A stretch of 64,000 nt of DNA from an uncultured Actinomycetes bacterium (lineage in GTDB: Bacteria; Actinomycetota; Thermoleophilia; UBA2241), in assembly GCA_963755025.1 (NCBI GenBank), contig CAVWIH010000011.1, forward strand, positions 64,001 to 128,000, given 5' to 3'. The notes below the pieces were generated by a model. That model was given only the letters and a program-made list of their open reading frames with translations, had not been told where the DNA came from and did no database searches. The position numbers and the translations under genes were made by a program. Of this stretch, positions 31,460 through 41,417 are shown in pieces (the first letter of the stretch is position 1; the number at the start of each line of letters is the position of its first letter).

Positions 31460-32755
31460 CTAGATCGCCAGGAACTGCGCGCCGAGCAGGTAGACGTTCA
31501 GGGCGATGATGACGCCGGCGACCGCCCAGGCGGCGCCCGTCACGAGCGGCCCGTTCACGTGCTCGCCCATGACGCGACGGTCCGAGGTAAGGCGCACGAG
31601 GGGCACGAGAGCGAAGGGAATGCCGAACGAGAGCACGACCTGGCTCAGCACCAGGGCGCGCGTCGGGCTTACGTTCACAGCGAGCAGCGCCAGGGCCGGC
31701 AGCATGGTCAAGGCACGGCGAAGATAGAGCGGCACTCGCAGGCGCACGAACCCCGCCATCACCACCTGGCCGGCGTAGGTGCCCACCGACGACGATGAGA
31801 CCCCCGAGGCGAGCAGGGCGATGGCAAAGGCCAGCGCTGCCCCGCCGCCCACCAGCCGGGCAAGGCCGGCATGGGCCGCCTCGATGGTCGCGATGCCGGT
31901 GTGGCCGGGGTTGTGAAAGAGCGTCGCGGCGAGGGCGAGCATGGCCATGTTGATGAGGCCGGCCAGGCCGAGCGCCACCACGACGTCGAGGCGCTCGAAT
32001 CGCAAGATGCGGCGGCGTTCGCGATCGCTGCGCGCGGGCACGCGCCCGTTGATCAGCGCCGAGTGCAGGTAGATGGCGTGCGGCATGACGGTGGCGCCGA
32101 CGATGCCGACCGCCAGCAGGACCGATTCGCGCCCGCCGAGGTGCGGCACGAGGCCAGCCAGCGACGAGGAGGCCGGCGGGCTGATGCGCAGCGTCTCGTA
32201 GAGAAAACCGGCGAAAATCACGCCGAGGAGCGCCGTGATGGCCACCTCGAAGCGCCGAAAACCGTGGCGCTGCAGCTCGAGGATGGCGAAGGCGATGACG
32301 CCGGTGATCAGGCCGGCCGGCAGCAGGGGCACGCCGAAGAGCAGGTTCAGCCCCAGAGCGGCGCCCATGAACTCGGCGACGTCGGTGGCCATCGCCATGG
32401 CCTCGGCCTGCAGCCACAGAAAGACGGTCGTCGCAGGCGAGTAGCGCTCGCGGGCGAGTTCCGGCAGGTTGTGGTCGGTGACGATGCCGAGCTTGGCCGA
32501 CAGGTACTGCACGAGCATGGCCATGAGGTCGGCCATGGCCACGACCCACAGCAGCAGAAAGCCGAACTGGGCGCCGCCGGCCACGTTGGTCGCGAAGTTG
32601 CCGGGGTCGACGTAGGCAATCGCCGCAACGAAGGCCGGCCCCAGCATGGCCAAGGTGGCGCGCAGGCGGCCACGCGCCAGCAGCGCCTCGAGCGGCGTGA
32701 CGACCACTGCCGCAGGCGCCGGCAGAGTGTAGGAGTCCTGTTCCGGCGGCGTCAT
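31460..32755 (-). CDS. mntH: Nramp divalent metal (Mn2+) transporter
   Basis: AYVDPGNFATN, GATVMPHAIYLHS and TYAGQVVM. Confidence 0.95.
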   Translation of the reverse strand: MTPPEQDSYTLPAPAAVVVTPLEALLARGRLRATLAMLGPAFVAAIAYVDPGNFATNVAGGAQFGFLLLWVVAMADLMAMLVQYLSAKLGIVTDHNLPELARERYSPATTVFLWLQAEAMAMATDVAEFMGAALGLNLLFGVPLLPAGLITGVIAFAILELQRHGFRRFEVAITALLGVIFAGFLYETLRISPPASSSLAGLVPHLGGRESVLLAVGIVGATVMPHAIYLHSALINGRVPARSDRERRRILRFERLDVVVALGLAGLINMAMLALAATLFHNPGHTGIATIEAAHAGLARLVGGGAALAFAIALLASGVSSSSVGTYAGQVVMAGFVRLRVPLYLRRALTMLPALALLAVNVSPTRALVLSQVVLSFGIPFALVPLVRLTSDRRVMGEHVNGPLVTGAAWAVAGVIIALNVYLLGAQFLAI

Positions 32756-32830
32756 CGAGCCGAGCTCTGAGACCAAAGGGCGGGCGGAGTCATCGACAGT
32801 CCGCTAGTGCCGGGGGACGGCCGGCACCGG

Positions 32831-33499
32831 CTAGTTGACCTCGACCGCCAGCGCGCGGGCGGCCAGGCGGCCGAGGCTGCGCTGGCGGCCGCGTAGCGAC
32901 ACACGCAGGGAGCCGCCGAAGGGCTCGGGCGCCAGCACCTCGAGCTCGGTACCGAGCTCGATACCCTGGCGCTCGAGGTAGGCGAGCAGCTCGGGCTCGG
33001 CGCCGAGCACGCGCACGACGCGCCCCGTGGCGCCGACCGGAAGGCGTTCCAGGATCTGGGTGGCGGCCTCGTCGACTTCGAGCGCGGCAGAGGGAATCGG
33101 GTCGCCGTGCGGGTCGCGGACCGGCTCGCCGAGCTTGGCGGCGATCCTCGCCAGAAGGCGGTCGGAGACGGAGTGTTCGAGAGCCTCGGCCTCGACGTGC
33201 ACCTCGTCCCAACCCATGCCGAGCTCTTCGACCAGCAGGGTCTCGAGCAGCCGGTGGCGGCGTACGACGGCGAGCGCGAGACGCCGTCCCGCCGGCGTGA
33301 GGCGCACTCCCCCATAGCGCACATGCTCGACCAGGCCTTCGGCCGCGAGCCGGCCCACCATGCCGCTGGCCGAAGCCGGCCTGACGCGGAGATGGGCGGC
33401 CAGGGCGCTCATCGACGTCGAGTCGGATTCCGGCGACTCGAGCAGGTAGATCGCTTTAAGGTAGTCCTGAACGGCGGCCGTGGTGACAGTAGTGTCCAT
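32831..33499 (-). CDS. mntR: DtxR/MntR family metal-dependent regulator
   Basis: QDYLKAIY, RRHRLLE, EAEALEH and DPHGDPIP; FeoA-like C-domain. Confidence 0.93.
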   Translation of the reverse strand: MDTTVTTAAVQDYLKAIYLLESPESDSTSMSALAAHLRVRPASASGMVGRLAAEGLVEHVRYGGVRLTPAGRRLALAVVRRHRLLETLLVEELGMGWDEVHVEAEALEHSVSDRLLARIAAKLGEPVRDPHGDPIPSAALEVDEAATQILERLPVGATGRVVRVLGAEPELLAYLERQGIELGTELEVLAPEPFGGSLRVSLRGRQRSLGRLAARALAVEVN

Positions 33500-33515
33500 G
33501 GCACTCTGGTTGCCA

Positions 33516-33556
33516 TGTTAGGCACTGCTTAAACGCTTTAATAGGCTTGGCTAACA
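33516..33556. promoter_or_regulatory. Two putative DtxR/MntR operator palindromes
   Basis: TTAGGCACTGCTTAA and ATAGGCTTGGCTAAC resemble TTAGG-N-CCTAA boxes, just upstream of mntR-mntH. Confidence 0.65.
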
Positions 33557-33652
33557 TTCGCCCCGGCTGAGGACACAGCCGCGGCTCGTCCCGCCGGGCG
33601 CCGCCGGCCTCAGGCGTGCGCGACTTCGTTGCGCGCCTAGTCCGCGTCGCGC

Positions 33653-34939
33653 CTAGTAATGGATGTAGACCGTCTCGCCCACCCAGGACTGCCGGTAGGT
33701 CCAGTCGGCCACCCACATGGGCTCGCGCACGCAGCCGTGGCTGGCCGGGTAGGCCGGCACCTCGGGGTAGCCGTGCATGGCGAAGTTGCCGTAGAAGTCC
33801 ATGGTGCGCCACAGGGTGGCGGTGCCCAGCCAGGTGCTGGTCGAGGGCGCCTTGCGCAGTATGTGAAAGCGGCCGACCGGCGTGTTGCCGGTGCGCCCGG
33901 TGGAGACGGCGATGATGCCGTACGGCACGCCCTTCTTGACGACCATGAGGATCTGCCGCGTCTTGTCGATCTCGATGTGCGTGGCCGGCGACGTGTGCAC
34001 CGCCTTGATGAGGCGGGCGGTGTCGAGCTTGCGCCAGTCGGCGGCGGCGAACACGTAGGTGCGCGGCAGGCGGTAGGCCTTCTGGAAGGCGACGATCGAG
34101 TCGCCGGCCTGCACCGACAGGGTCGACGACATGCCGGGTATGCGAAAGCGCAGCGCGGCGAGACGGCCGAGCAGGATGCGCACGTAGGGGCCTTTTGAGC
34201 CGACGGCGATGCGCTTGTAGCCGGCGTGCAGGGTGGCCGTCTGCTGCGGCGCGGCGCTGAGGTCGCCGGCCGCGTCGGCCAGCACGTGCAGCGAGAAGGC
34301 GCCTATGCCGGGGGTGGGCGCGGCGAGCGTGAGCTTGCCGCCCGCGGCGTGGCCCTTGACCGTCGCGACCTTCTTGCCGTGGTGGTAGACGGTGACGGTC
34401 ACGAGGCCGTCGTAGCTGGCCGGCGCGACGGTGAAGGTGAGCCTGGTGTGGCCCCACGGCATGGTGGCGCCGGCGCGCCAGGTGACCTTGGGTGCGACCA
34501 GCAGGTCCTGGGGGGCGCCCGTCGTGCCGTCGGCCAGGGCGACCGTGACGGCGCCGCCGCCGGTGGGCGCGAAGGTGAGGCTGAAGGCGCCGCTTGCGTC
34601 GGTGGTGGCGGTGAGGGCGGGCTGGGCCACGCCGTCGACGGCCACGGTGAGCACGTCGCCGGCCTCGGCCGGCGTGACCGTGCCCTGCGCCGTGACGGAC
34701 TGCCCGTAGACGACCGCCAGGGGCGCGAGCGACCAGGTGATGGTGGGCGCCGGGTCGGCGACGGGGCTCGCGGAAGGTGAGGCCGCCCCGGCCGCCGGGG
34801 CGGCCGAGGTGCCGGGCGAAGCCTGCGCGCCCGACGCCCAGGCGGCGCCGGCGGCCACTGCGCAGACGATCAGTGTGACGAGCGCGACGGCGACCGCCCA
34901 CCGCCCGCTACTGCCGAGTCTCCCGCTGCCTGCGCGCAT
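33653..34939 (-). CDS. Secreted L,D-transpeptidase with peptidoglycan-binding domain
   Basis: Signal peptide, IVAFQKAY PG-binding segment, YkuD motif HGY...ASHGCVR. Confidence 0.9.
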   Translation of the reverse strand: MRAGSGRLGSSGRWAVAVALVTLIVCAVAAGAAWASGAQASPGTSAAPAAGAASPSASPVADPAPTITWSLAPLAVVYGQSVTAQGTVTPAEAGDVLTVAVDGVAQPALTATTDASGAFSLTFAPTGGGAVTVALADGTTGAPQDLLVAPKVTWRAGATMPWGHTRLTFTVAPASYDGLVTVTVYHHGKKVATVKGHAAGGKLTLAAPTPGIGAFSLHVLADAAGDLSAAPQQTATLHAGYKRIAVGSKGPYVRILLGRLAALRFRIPGMSSTLSVQAGDSIVAFQKAYRLPRTYVFAAADWRKLDTARLIKAVHTSPATHIEIDKTRQILMVVKKGVPYGIIAVSTGRTGNTPVGRFHILRKAPSTSTWLGTATLWRTMDFYGNFAMHGYPEVPAYPASHGCVREPMWVADWTYRQSWVGETVYIHY

Positions 34940-35164
34940 GACGACACCCCCACTCGCTTGCGTTCCCGCCCCGGATTGTAGCCAGAGGCGCGGCGCACGC
35001 GCCAGCGTCGCGTCGTACGTCGTCTTGGGTCGCGCCGCCCCTGCGCGCGCCGCGCCCTCGCCGCGCCACGGCTGTCTCGCTCCGTCCGTCGCACGCGGGG
35101 TACGATACGCACAGGCGTCGCTGCCGGCGTGAGCGACCCCGCCCCCTACGACAGAGGTGAGTCA

Positions 35165-36424
35165 ATGCTCGACGTGAAGATGGTGCGCTCCAATCCCGAC
35201 GAGGTCCGCGAATCGCTGCGGCGGCGGGGCGTTCCCACGTCGCCGCTCGACGAGTTCATCGCCGTCGAAGAGGAGCGTCGCCGCCTCACCACCGAGGTCG
35301 AGCTCATGCGCGCCGAGCGCAAGCGCGCGAGCGAGGCCATCGGCGCGCGCAAAAAGGCGGGCGAAGACGCGAGCGCCGAGATGGCCGCCACCCGCGAGCT
35401 CGGCGAGCGCATCAAAGACAGAGAGACCGCGCTGAACGCCAGCGAGACGCGCCTGCACGACCTGCTGCTCGCCATTCCCAACATCCTGCTCGACGACGTG
35501 CCCGACGGCGGCGAAGACGACTCGGTCGTGCTGCGCGAGGTCGGCGAGCGCACCGTCTTCGACTTCACCCCCAAAGACCACGTCGACCTGGGCGTCGCCC
35601 TCGACGTGATCGACATAGAGCGCGCCGCCAAGGTGAGCGGCTCGCGCTTCGTCTACCTCAAGGGCGACCTCGTGCTGCTCGAGCTGGCCCTGGTGCGCTA
35701 CGGCATCGACACGGTCATGGCGCACGGCTTTCGCCCGGTGCTGCCGCCCGTGCTGGTGCGCGAAGAGGCCATGTACGGCACCGGCTTCTTCCCCACCGAC
35801 GAGCAGTCCATCTACCGCACGACCGACGGCGAGTGCCTGGTCGGCACGAGCGAGGTGCCGCTGGCCGGCCTGCACATGGACGAGTACCTCGAAGTCGGTT
35901 CGCTGCCGCTGCGCTACGCCGGCTTTTCGACCTGCTTTCGGCGCGAGGCCGGGGCCGCCGGCAAGGACACCCGCGGCATACTGCGCGTGCACCAGTTCGA
36001 CAAGCTCGAGATGTTCAGCTTCTGCCTGCCCGACCAGTCGGCCGCCGAGCACGAGCTGATCCGCTCGATCGAAGAAGAGGTGCTGCAGGGCTTAGAGATC
36101 CCCTACCGCGTAGTGAACATCGCCGCCGGCGACCTGGGCGCGCCCGCCGCCAAGAAGTACGACTGCGAGGCCTGGATGCCCGGCCAGGACCGCTACCGCG
36201 AGGTCACGAGCTGCTCGAACTGCACCGACTACCAGGCGCGCCGCCTGAACTGCCGCTACCGCACCGAGCAGGGGCCGCGCTTCGTGCACACCCTGAACGG
36301 CACCACCATCGCCATCGGCCGCACGATCATCGCCATCATGGAGAACCACCAGCGCGCCGACGGCACCATCGCCGTGCCCAAGGTGCTGGTGCCCTACCTG
36401 GGCAAGGACACGATCGGAGCGTAA
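35165..36424 (+). CDS. serS: Serine--tRNA ligase
   Basis: KVSGSRF, GTSEVPL, FRREAG, RVHQFDK, EVTSCSNC and HTLNGT. Confidence 0.97.
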   Translation: MLDVKMVRSNPDEVRESLRRRGVPTSPLDEFIAVEEERRRLTTEVELMRAERKRASEAIGARKKAGEDASAEMAATRELGERIKDRETALNASETRLHDLLLAIPNILLDDVPDGGEDDSVVLREVGERTVFDFTPKDHVDLGVALDVIDIERAAKVSGSRFVYLKGDLVLLELALVRYGIDTVMAHGFRPVLPPVLVREEAMYGTGFFPTDEQSIYRTTDGECLVGTSEVPLAGLHMDEYLEVGSLPLRYAGFSTCFRREAGAAGKDTRGILRVHQFDKLEMFSFCLPDQSAAEHELIRSIEEEVLQGLEIPYRVVNIAAGDLGAPAAKKYDCEAWMPGQDRYREVTSCSNCTDYQARRLNCRYRTEQGPRFVHTLNGTTIAIGRTIIAIMENHQRADGTIAVPKVLVPYLGKDTIGA

Positions 36425-36517
36425 GGGCGAGCCGGCCGGCGCGGAGGTAGTGGACGGGCTCGACGCGCAGGCCAGCGAACGGGCAGGGCACCACGGAGGT
36501 GGCTGCCGAACCCGCGA

Positions 36518-36928
36518 TTAGCGAACGAGCTGGGCGCGGCCGAACGAGGCGCCTTCGGCGGTCTCGTGCCAGGGAATGACGTAGCACTCGACGTCGACCC
36601 CGAGGTAGTCGGTCTCGAGGTCGGCCTTTACGCGCAGCAGGTCGCGCGCGAGGATGCGCTGCTGGTCGAACCCCAGGCCGCCCAGCGCGCGCTCGTAGGC
36701 CAGGCAGTCCTGGTGCGAGACGAGCACGATGCGCCTGATGTCGTGGTAATGCAGGACCTCCGAGACCCAGCTTCTGATCACGCGCCGTTCGGCGCCGGTT
36801 CGCGTTAGCACAAGCGGCCCGCCGGGCAGCAGCAGGCGATCGGCATCTTCGATGTGCAGGCGCGCCTGCAGGTCGTTTAATGCCTGCACCACGCGTCCGT
36901 CTGAGCAAGCCAACAGCAGAGAGTTCAT
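36518..36928 (-). CDS. Beta-carbonic anhydrase-like small protein
   Basis: CSDGR and HQDC Zn-ligand motifs. Confidence 0.75.
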   Translation of the reverse strand: MNSLLLACSDGRVVQALNDLQARLHIEDADRLLLPGGPLVLTRTGAERRVIRSWVSEVLHYHDIRRIVLVSHQDCLAYERALGGLGFDQQRILARDLLRVKADLETDYLGVDVECYVIPWHETAEGASFGRAQLVR

Positions 36929-37643
36929 GGCTCAGTAGTTTCCCGGAAGGTGCTAAGTTGCCGTTCGGAAGGCCGGGTAGCGAGTCTATGGGCTCCGTTC
37001 TGACGCCACGTCAATCGCTGCGCAGTGGCGGATTTGGCCCCTAAGGGCTCCGTGTGCCGACACGAAGCCGACATGTAGGTACTGGAGCCGCCAGACAGGT
37101 TCTCAACAGATCCGGGCACGGCGTCTACTATCTTGAAGGGGCCGGGCTGCATGAACTAGACCCTACTCCCTTCTGCGGCCCTTTTCAGTGATCTTGCGCG
37201 ATGCTGTCGCCGCTCTCGGACCGAACATCCGCAAAACGCGGACCGGCATCGGTGACCGCAGCCTCATCAACCACGTGGCGAACTTCGCGCAGAGCTACGT
37301 CGACGTCGGTCGCGCGGGTAGCACACACGCCGCGAGGCTGTACTGGCGTGTAAGGAGCCGCGGACGAGCGGTGCGTCGATGAGACCTACGGCCCCGGTCA
37401 CGAACCCGTATCAGTCTCAGAGCGGGGTCAACGCGGCGAGCTTCCGATGGGGTTCCTGTCATTACCGCTGAGCTTCTGGTGCGCGTCGATTCGCACCGCC
37501 CCGCCAGGGGACATGCGCACCACAATGGTTTGTCTAGCTCCTGTCTCCCGTGCTTTCGACGGCCTTCCACGCCTTGCCAGCCTCCAAGACTGGAGTGAGG
37601 GTGTCACTTAAGCAAATCAACCCACCACAGAGGAGACGAAGCC

Positions 37644-38890
37644 TTGCAAGGCCACATCAGACGGCACGGCACTTCGGGGTCATGGGAGTACATCTTGGAC
37701 GTGGGTCGCTACGGCGCCCAGCGCTGCCAAGGCTGCGGCAAGCGCTTCTGGACCGAGCGACGGCCGAAGAAGACCTGTCCATCATGCGGAGGCGAGCTGC
37801 GTGACACCGAAGAGCGCCGCCGCGAGACCAAAGGTGGTTTTGCTGCTCGCAAAGACTGCCAAGCGGCGCTCGCCGCGAAACTCACAACGCTCGCCGAGCA
37901 CACCTACGTCCTCCCTACACGCCTGAGCGTGCGCGAGTACCTGACGACGATCTGGCTGCCGGCGATCGAAAGTGGCGTGCGCGTTTCCACACTTTCCAGC
38001 TACCGAACCATCGTCCGGTACCACTTCGTCCCGCACCTCGGGGCGGTGCAGCTGCAGGGCCTGAACGCGGCTCGAATCAATGCCTTCTATGCTCACCTGC
38101 TAAGCGAAGGTCAGGTTCGCAGCTCAGGTGGGCTCTCTCCTAGCACCGTGAACCACATCCATGGCATCTTGCATCGCGCCCTGCGCGATGCCGTTAAATG
38201 GGGCTATTTGCAGACGAACGCGGCAAGCGTAGCAGACCCGCCGAAAGCTTCAGCGCAGCACAGAGAGCTAGCGGTCTGGTCTGAGGAACAGCTGCGTGCT
38301 TTCTTGCACAGCGTGCGCAAGCATCGCCTTATATCCCCTCTGGCGTTTCTTGGCGATGACCGGCTGTCGCCGGGGCAAAGCGTTGGGCCTCACCTGGCGT
38401 GACCTGGATATCGAAAACGGTCGAGTGACGATCAGGCGCGCTCTGGTGCCGGTCGACGGTCGGCTGGTTGAGACAGAACCAAAGACACAAGCGCGGGCGG
38501 CGGCTAATCGCGCTCGATGCAGCGACAGTGGCCGCGCTCAGAGACCAGGCTGCCAGACAGCTGACAGAGCAGCATGCAGTGGGCGATCGTTGGCTCGAGA
38601 GCGAGCGGGTGTTCACGAAGGAAAATGGCGCTCAGTTGCAGCCTGAGCGCGTCAGCGACCTATTCATCCGTCTTGCACGAGCCGCCGCACTGCCGCGAAT
38701 TCCCCTCCACGGGCTGCGACACACCTACGCAAGCTTGGCTCTGTCAAAGGGCGTCAATGCGGCAATCGTCTCGCGGCGACTGGGGCACGCGTCCGTCGCG
38801 TTTACACTCGACGTCTACACGCACGTATTACCCCAAGTCGACGAGCAGGCGGCCGAGTTCATCGCCACGTTCGCGGCCGACGAGAGCTAG
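37644..38890 (+). CDS. Tyrosine recombinase/phage integrase (2 frameshifts)
   Basis: Arm-binding GGF.ARKD, SAM-like domain, TGCRRGK(E)ALGL and HGLRHTYAS...RLGH...LDVYTH catalytic motifs. Confidence 0.92.
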
Positions 38891-39158
38891 ACGCGGACGC
38901 ACCAAGGACGTCTGAAAACAGCCTTCTTCGTCGGCGCCACGCCAGCGACCGCCCCAATGCCGCCTACCGTGTCGTGCCCAAGTTTGCCCTGCACACAGCG
39001 CGCTGGGCCGACGCGCTACCGGCGCCACAGCGCAATCAACTGCATGCGGAGTCCCAGCCTCCTAACGTGTGCTCCCGGTGAAATGCCACGTCCATGTCGA
39101 GGCCATGCCCTGCGGGAAGCCCACCGCGGCCCGAAGCCGAGGAGCTCGGAGAAGAAGC

Positions 39159-39209
39159 TGGTGGCGAGGGACAGAATTGAACTGTCGACACCATGATTTT
39201 CAGTCGTGT
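39159..39209 (-). other. tRNA-Phe(GAA) 3' fragment, putative att core
   Basis: Reverse complement ACACGACTGAAAATCATGGTGTCGACAGTTCAATTCTGTCCCTCGCCACCA gives anticodon arm, T arm, 3' acceptor strand and CCA; 5' acceptor strand and D arm absent. Confidence 0.85.
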
Positions 39210-39611
39210 CTGCTGGCTTCGTGTCATCTTGCGTCAGTGATCGGACTCCTCTTTGCCCAGCCACTCTAGCCATTTTGCAGCCGTTTTCCGCGCCTAGGTC
39301 GTGCCGTTTGGGGCTGCTCCACTGACATAAAACGCGTCGTTTTGCTCTCCGCTGCCCCGAAACGGCGCCGCGAACTGACGTGCCGACGCCCAATTCGACA
39401 CGAAGGCGGCAGCTTCCAGCATGGATGATCTTCACGCCCCGCGCGACGAGCTCCCCGGCGTGCGCCGGAAGCTGACGAATCTAGTCATGTCTTTGGCGCT
39501 CAACCCTAAAGGAGAGCTTGAGGGTTCGTCGAAGATAGCACCGAACCTGGAAGAGCACCTGGCCGCAAGGCGTCTCCGGATCCAGTGAGACACGCTGTCA
39601 GGAGTCTTGCC

Positions 39612-40914
39612 ATGCGTAACGCACCCACCCCCCTCCCCAGCTCGGCCGACGCTGCCCGCCTTGACGTGCGCTGGTTGCCGATCGAGCAGATCGTGCCCTA
39701 CCCCGCAACCCGCGGGATTGCCCGCCAGAGGCGATCGACCTGGTGGCACGAAGCATCCGCGAGTTCGGCTTCCTGCAGCCCATCACCACCGATGAACACC
39801 ACGTCATCCTCACCGGTCACACCCGCCTCCTGGCTGCGCAGCAACTGGGGCTTGCCAAGGTGCCGGTCATCACGATCGCTGGCCTGAGCGCAGCCCAGGC
39901 CCGCGCCTACCGCATCATGGACAACAAAAGCAACGAGGCGACAAGCTGGAACACGACGCTGCTGGGCAGCGAGCTCGCCGCCCTGGTCGGCATGGAGATC
40001 GATCCCGCACTGACCGGCTTCAGTTCACAGGAGCTGGCCGACCTGCTCGCCCCGGCCAGCGACGGCACGCTCGGCCTTTGCGACCCAGACGAGACAGTCG
40101 AGCCGCCGGCCAAGCCCGTAACGAGGCCCGGCGAGGTACACCTGCTCGGCCGCCATCGCCTGATGTGCGGCGACTGCGACCAAGGCCGAGGATGTCAGCC
40201 GCCTGATGGCCGGCCGGCGGGCGCACCTCATGGCGACCGACTGGCCTTACGGCGTGAGCTACGACGGCGGTAACCACCCCACCACCTGGAACAAGACCGG
40301 GCGGCGCATCAGCCCAGGTGAGAAGACCCGTCACTGGGACGACTACCGCGACACAGACGAGCTCGGCACGTTCTACAGCGACTGTCTGCGCCTCGCCATC
40401 GACTACGCCCTGGTGAGCCGCCCCGTCATCTACACCTTCTTTGCCATGATGAAGGCGCCGGTCGTCTTCACCGCCTGGCAGCAGGTCGGCCTGCTGCCCC
40501 ACCAGGTCTGCGTGTGGCAGAAGAGCCGCCACGTGCTCTCCCGCTGCGACTACATGTGGGACTACGAACCGCTGCTCTACGGCTGGGTCAAGGGCAAGCG
40601 CCCGCTCCCCGAGCGCCGGCCGCCCTCCGAGGCGACCACCGTCTGGTCGTGGGCTCTGCCATCGAGGACGGCCAGAGCGGCCTGCACCCCACGCAGAAGC
40701 CGGTCGAGCTCATCCGCCGCCCCATCGAGTACCACACCCGTGTCGGTGAGATCGTCTACGAGCCCTTCAGCGGAAGCGGCACGGCGCTGATCGCCGCGGA
40801 GATGACCGGGCGGACCTGCTATGCGATGGAGCTCTCCCCCGCCTTTTGCGACGCGGCGACGAGGCGCTGGCAGAACTTCACGGGCGCACGGCGGCCATCG
40901 AGGCCCAGCCATGA
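39612..40914 (+). CDS. Phage-type ParB-N-terminal + N6/N4 DNA methyltransferase (frameshifts)
   Basis: SIREFGFLQPI...ILTGHTRLLAA...MDNK (ParB); LGRHRLMCGD, TDWPY, HPTQKPVEL and EPFSGSGT (beta-class MTase). Confidence 0.88.
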
Positions 40915-41417
40915 GTCGTTCGGCAAAGTCCGAGTTCGAACGGCGCGTCGATGACGTCTACGACCTGCTGGTGAGCCGCGTCACCTGGCGCGCCATCGTC
41001 AGTTTCTGCACGGCCAAGTGGGGCGTCAGCGAACGTCAGGCCTGCCGCTACATGGCCGCCGCCCGCGAGCGCATCCGCGAGCTGCTCGGCCCCTCGCAGT
41101 CCGAGCACCTGGCCAAGGCCCTTGCGTCCTATGAGGCGCTCTACGCAAAACAGGTCGCCGGCGCCCACTACGGCGAAGCCCGCGCCACCCTTGACTCGAT
41201 CGTCAAGCTTCTCGGTCTGGCCGCCCCCGACAAGCTCGAGGTCTACGACTTCTCGGGCTACTCCGACAAACAGCTAGCCGAAGAGGTGGCTCGTGAGCTC
41301 CCCGGACTCATCAGCGAAGCGGAACGCCTTACGCGCGGAGCTACTCAAAAGGACCCAGAGCCGAGCGACCCAGACGGCAAGCTGGGTCCCCCACACCCCG
41401 ACGCCCAAGCAGGCTGA
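40911..41417 (+). CDS. Putative terminase small subunit (HTH protein)
   Basis: KWGVSERQACRY HTH and KLLGLAAPDK; lies between the MTase and TerL. Confidence 0.6.
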   Translation: MSRSAKSEFERRVDDVYDLLVSRVTWRAIVSFCTAKWGVSERQACRYMAAARERIRELLGPSQSEHLAKALASYEALYAKQVAGAHYGEARATLDSIVKLLGLAAPDKLEVYDFSGYSDKQLAEEVARELPGLISEAERLTRGATQKDPEPSDPDGKLGPPHPDAQAG

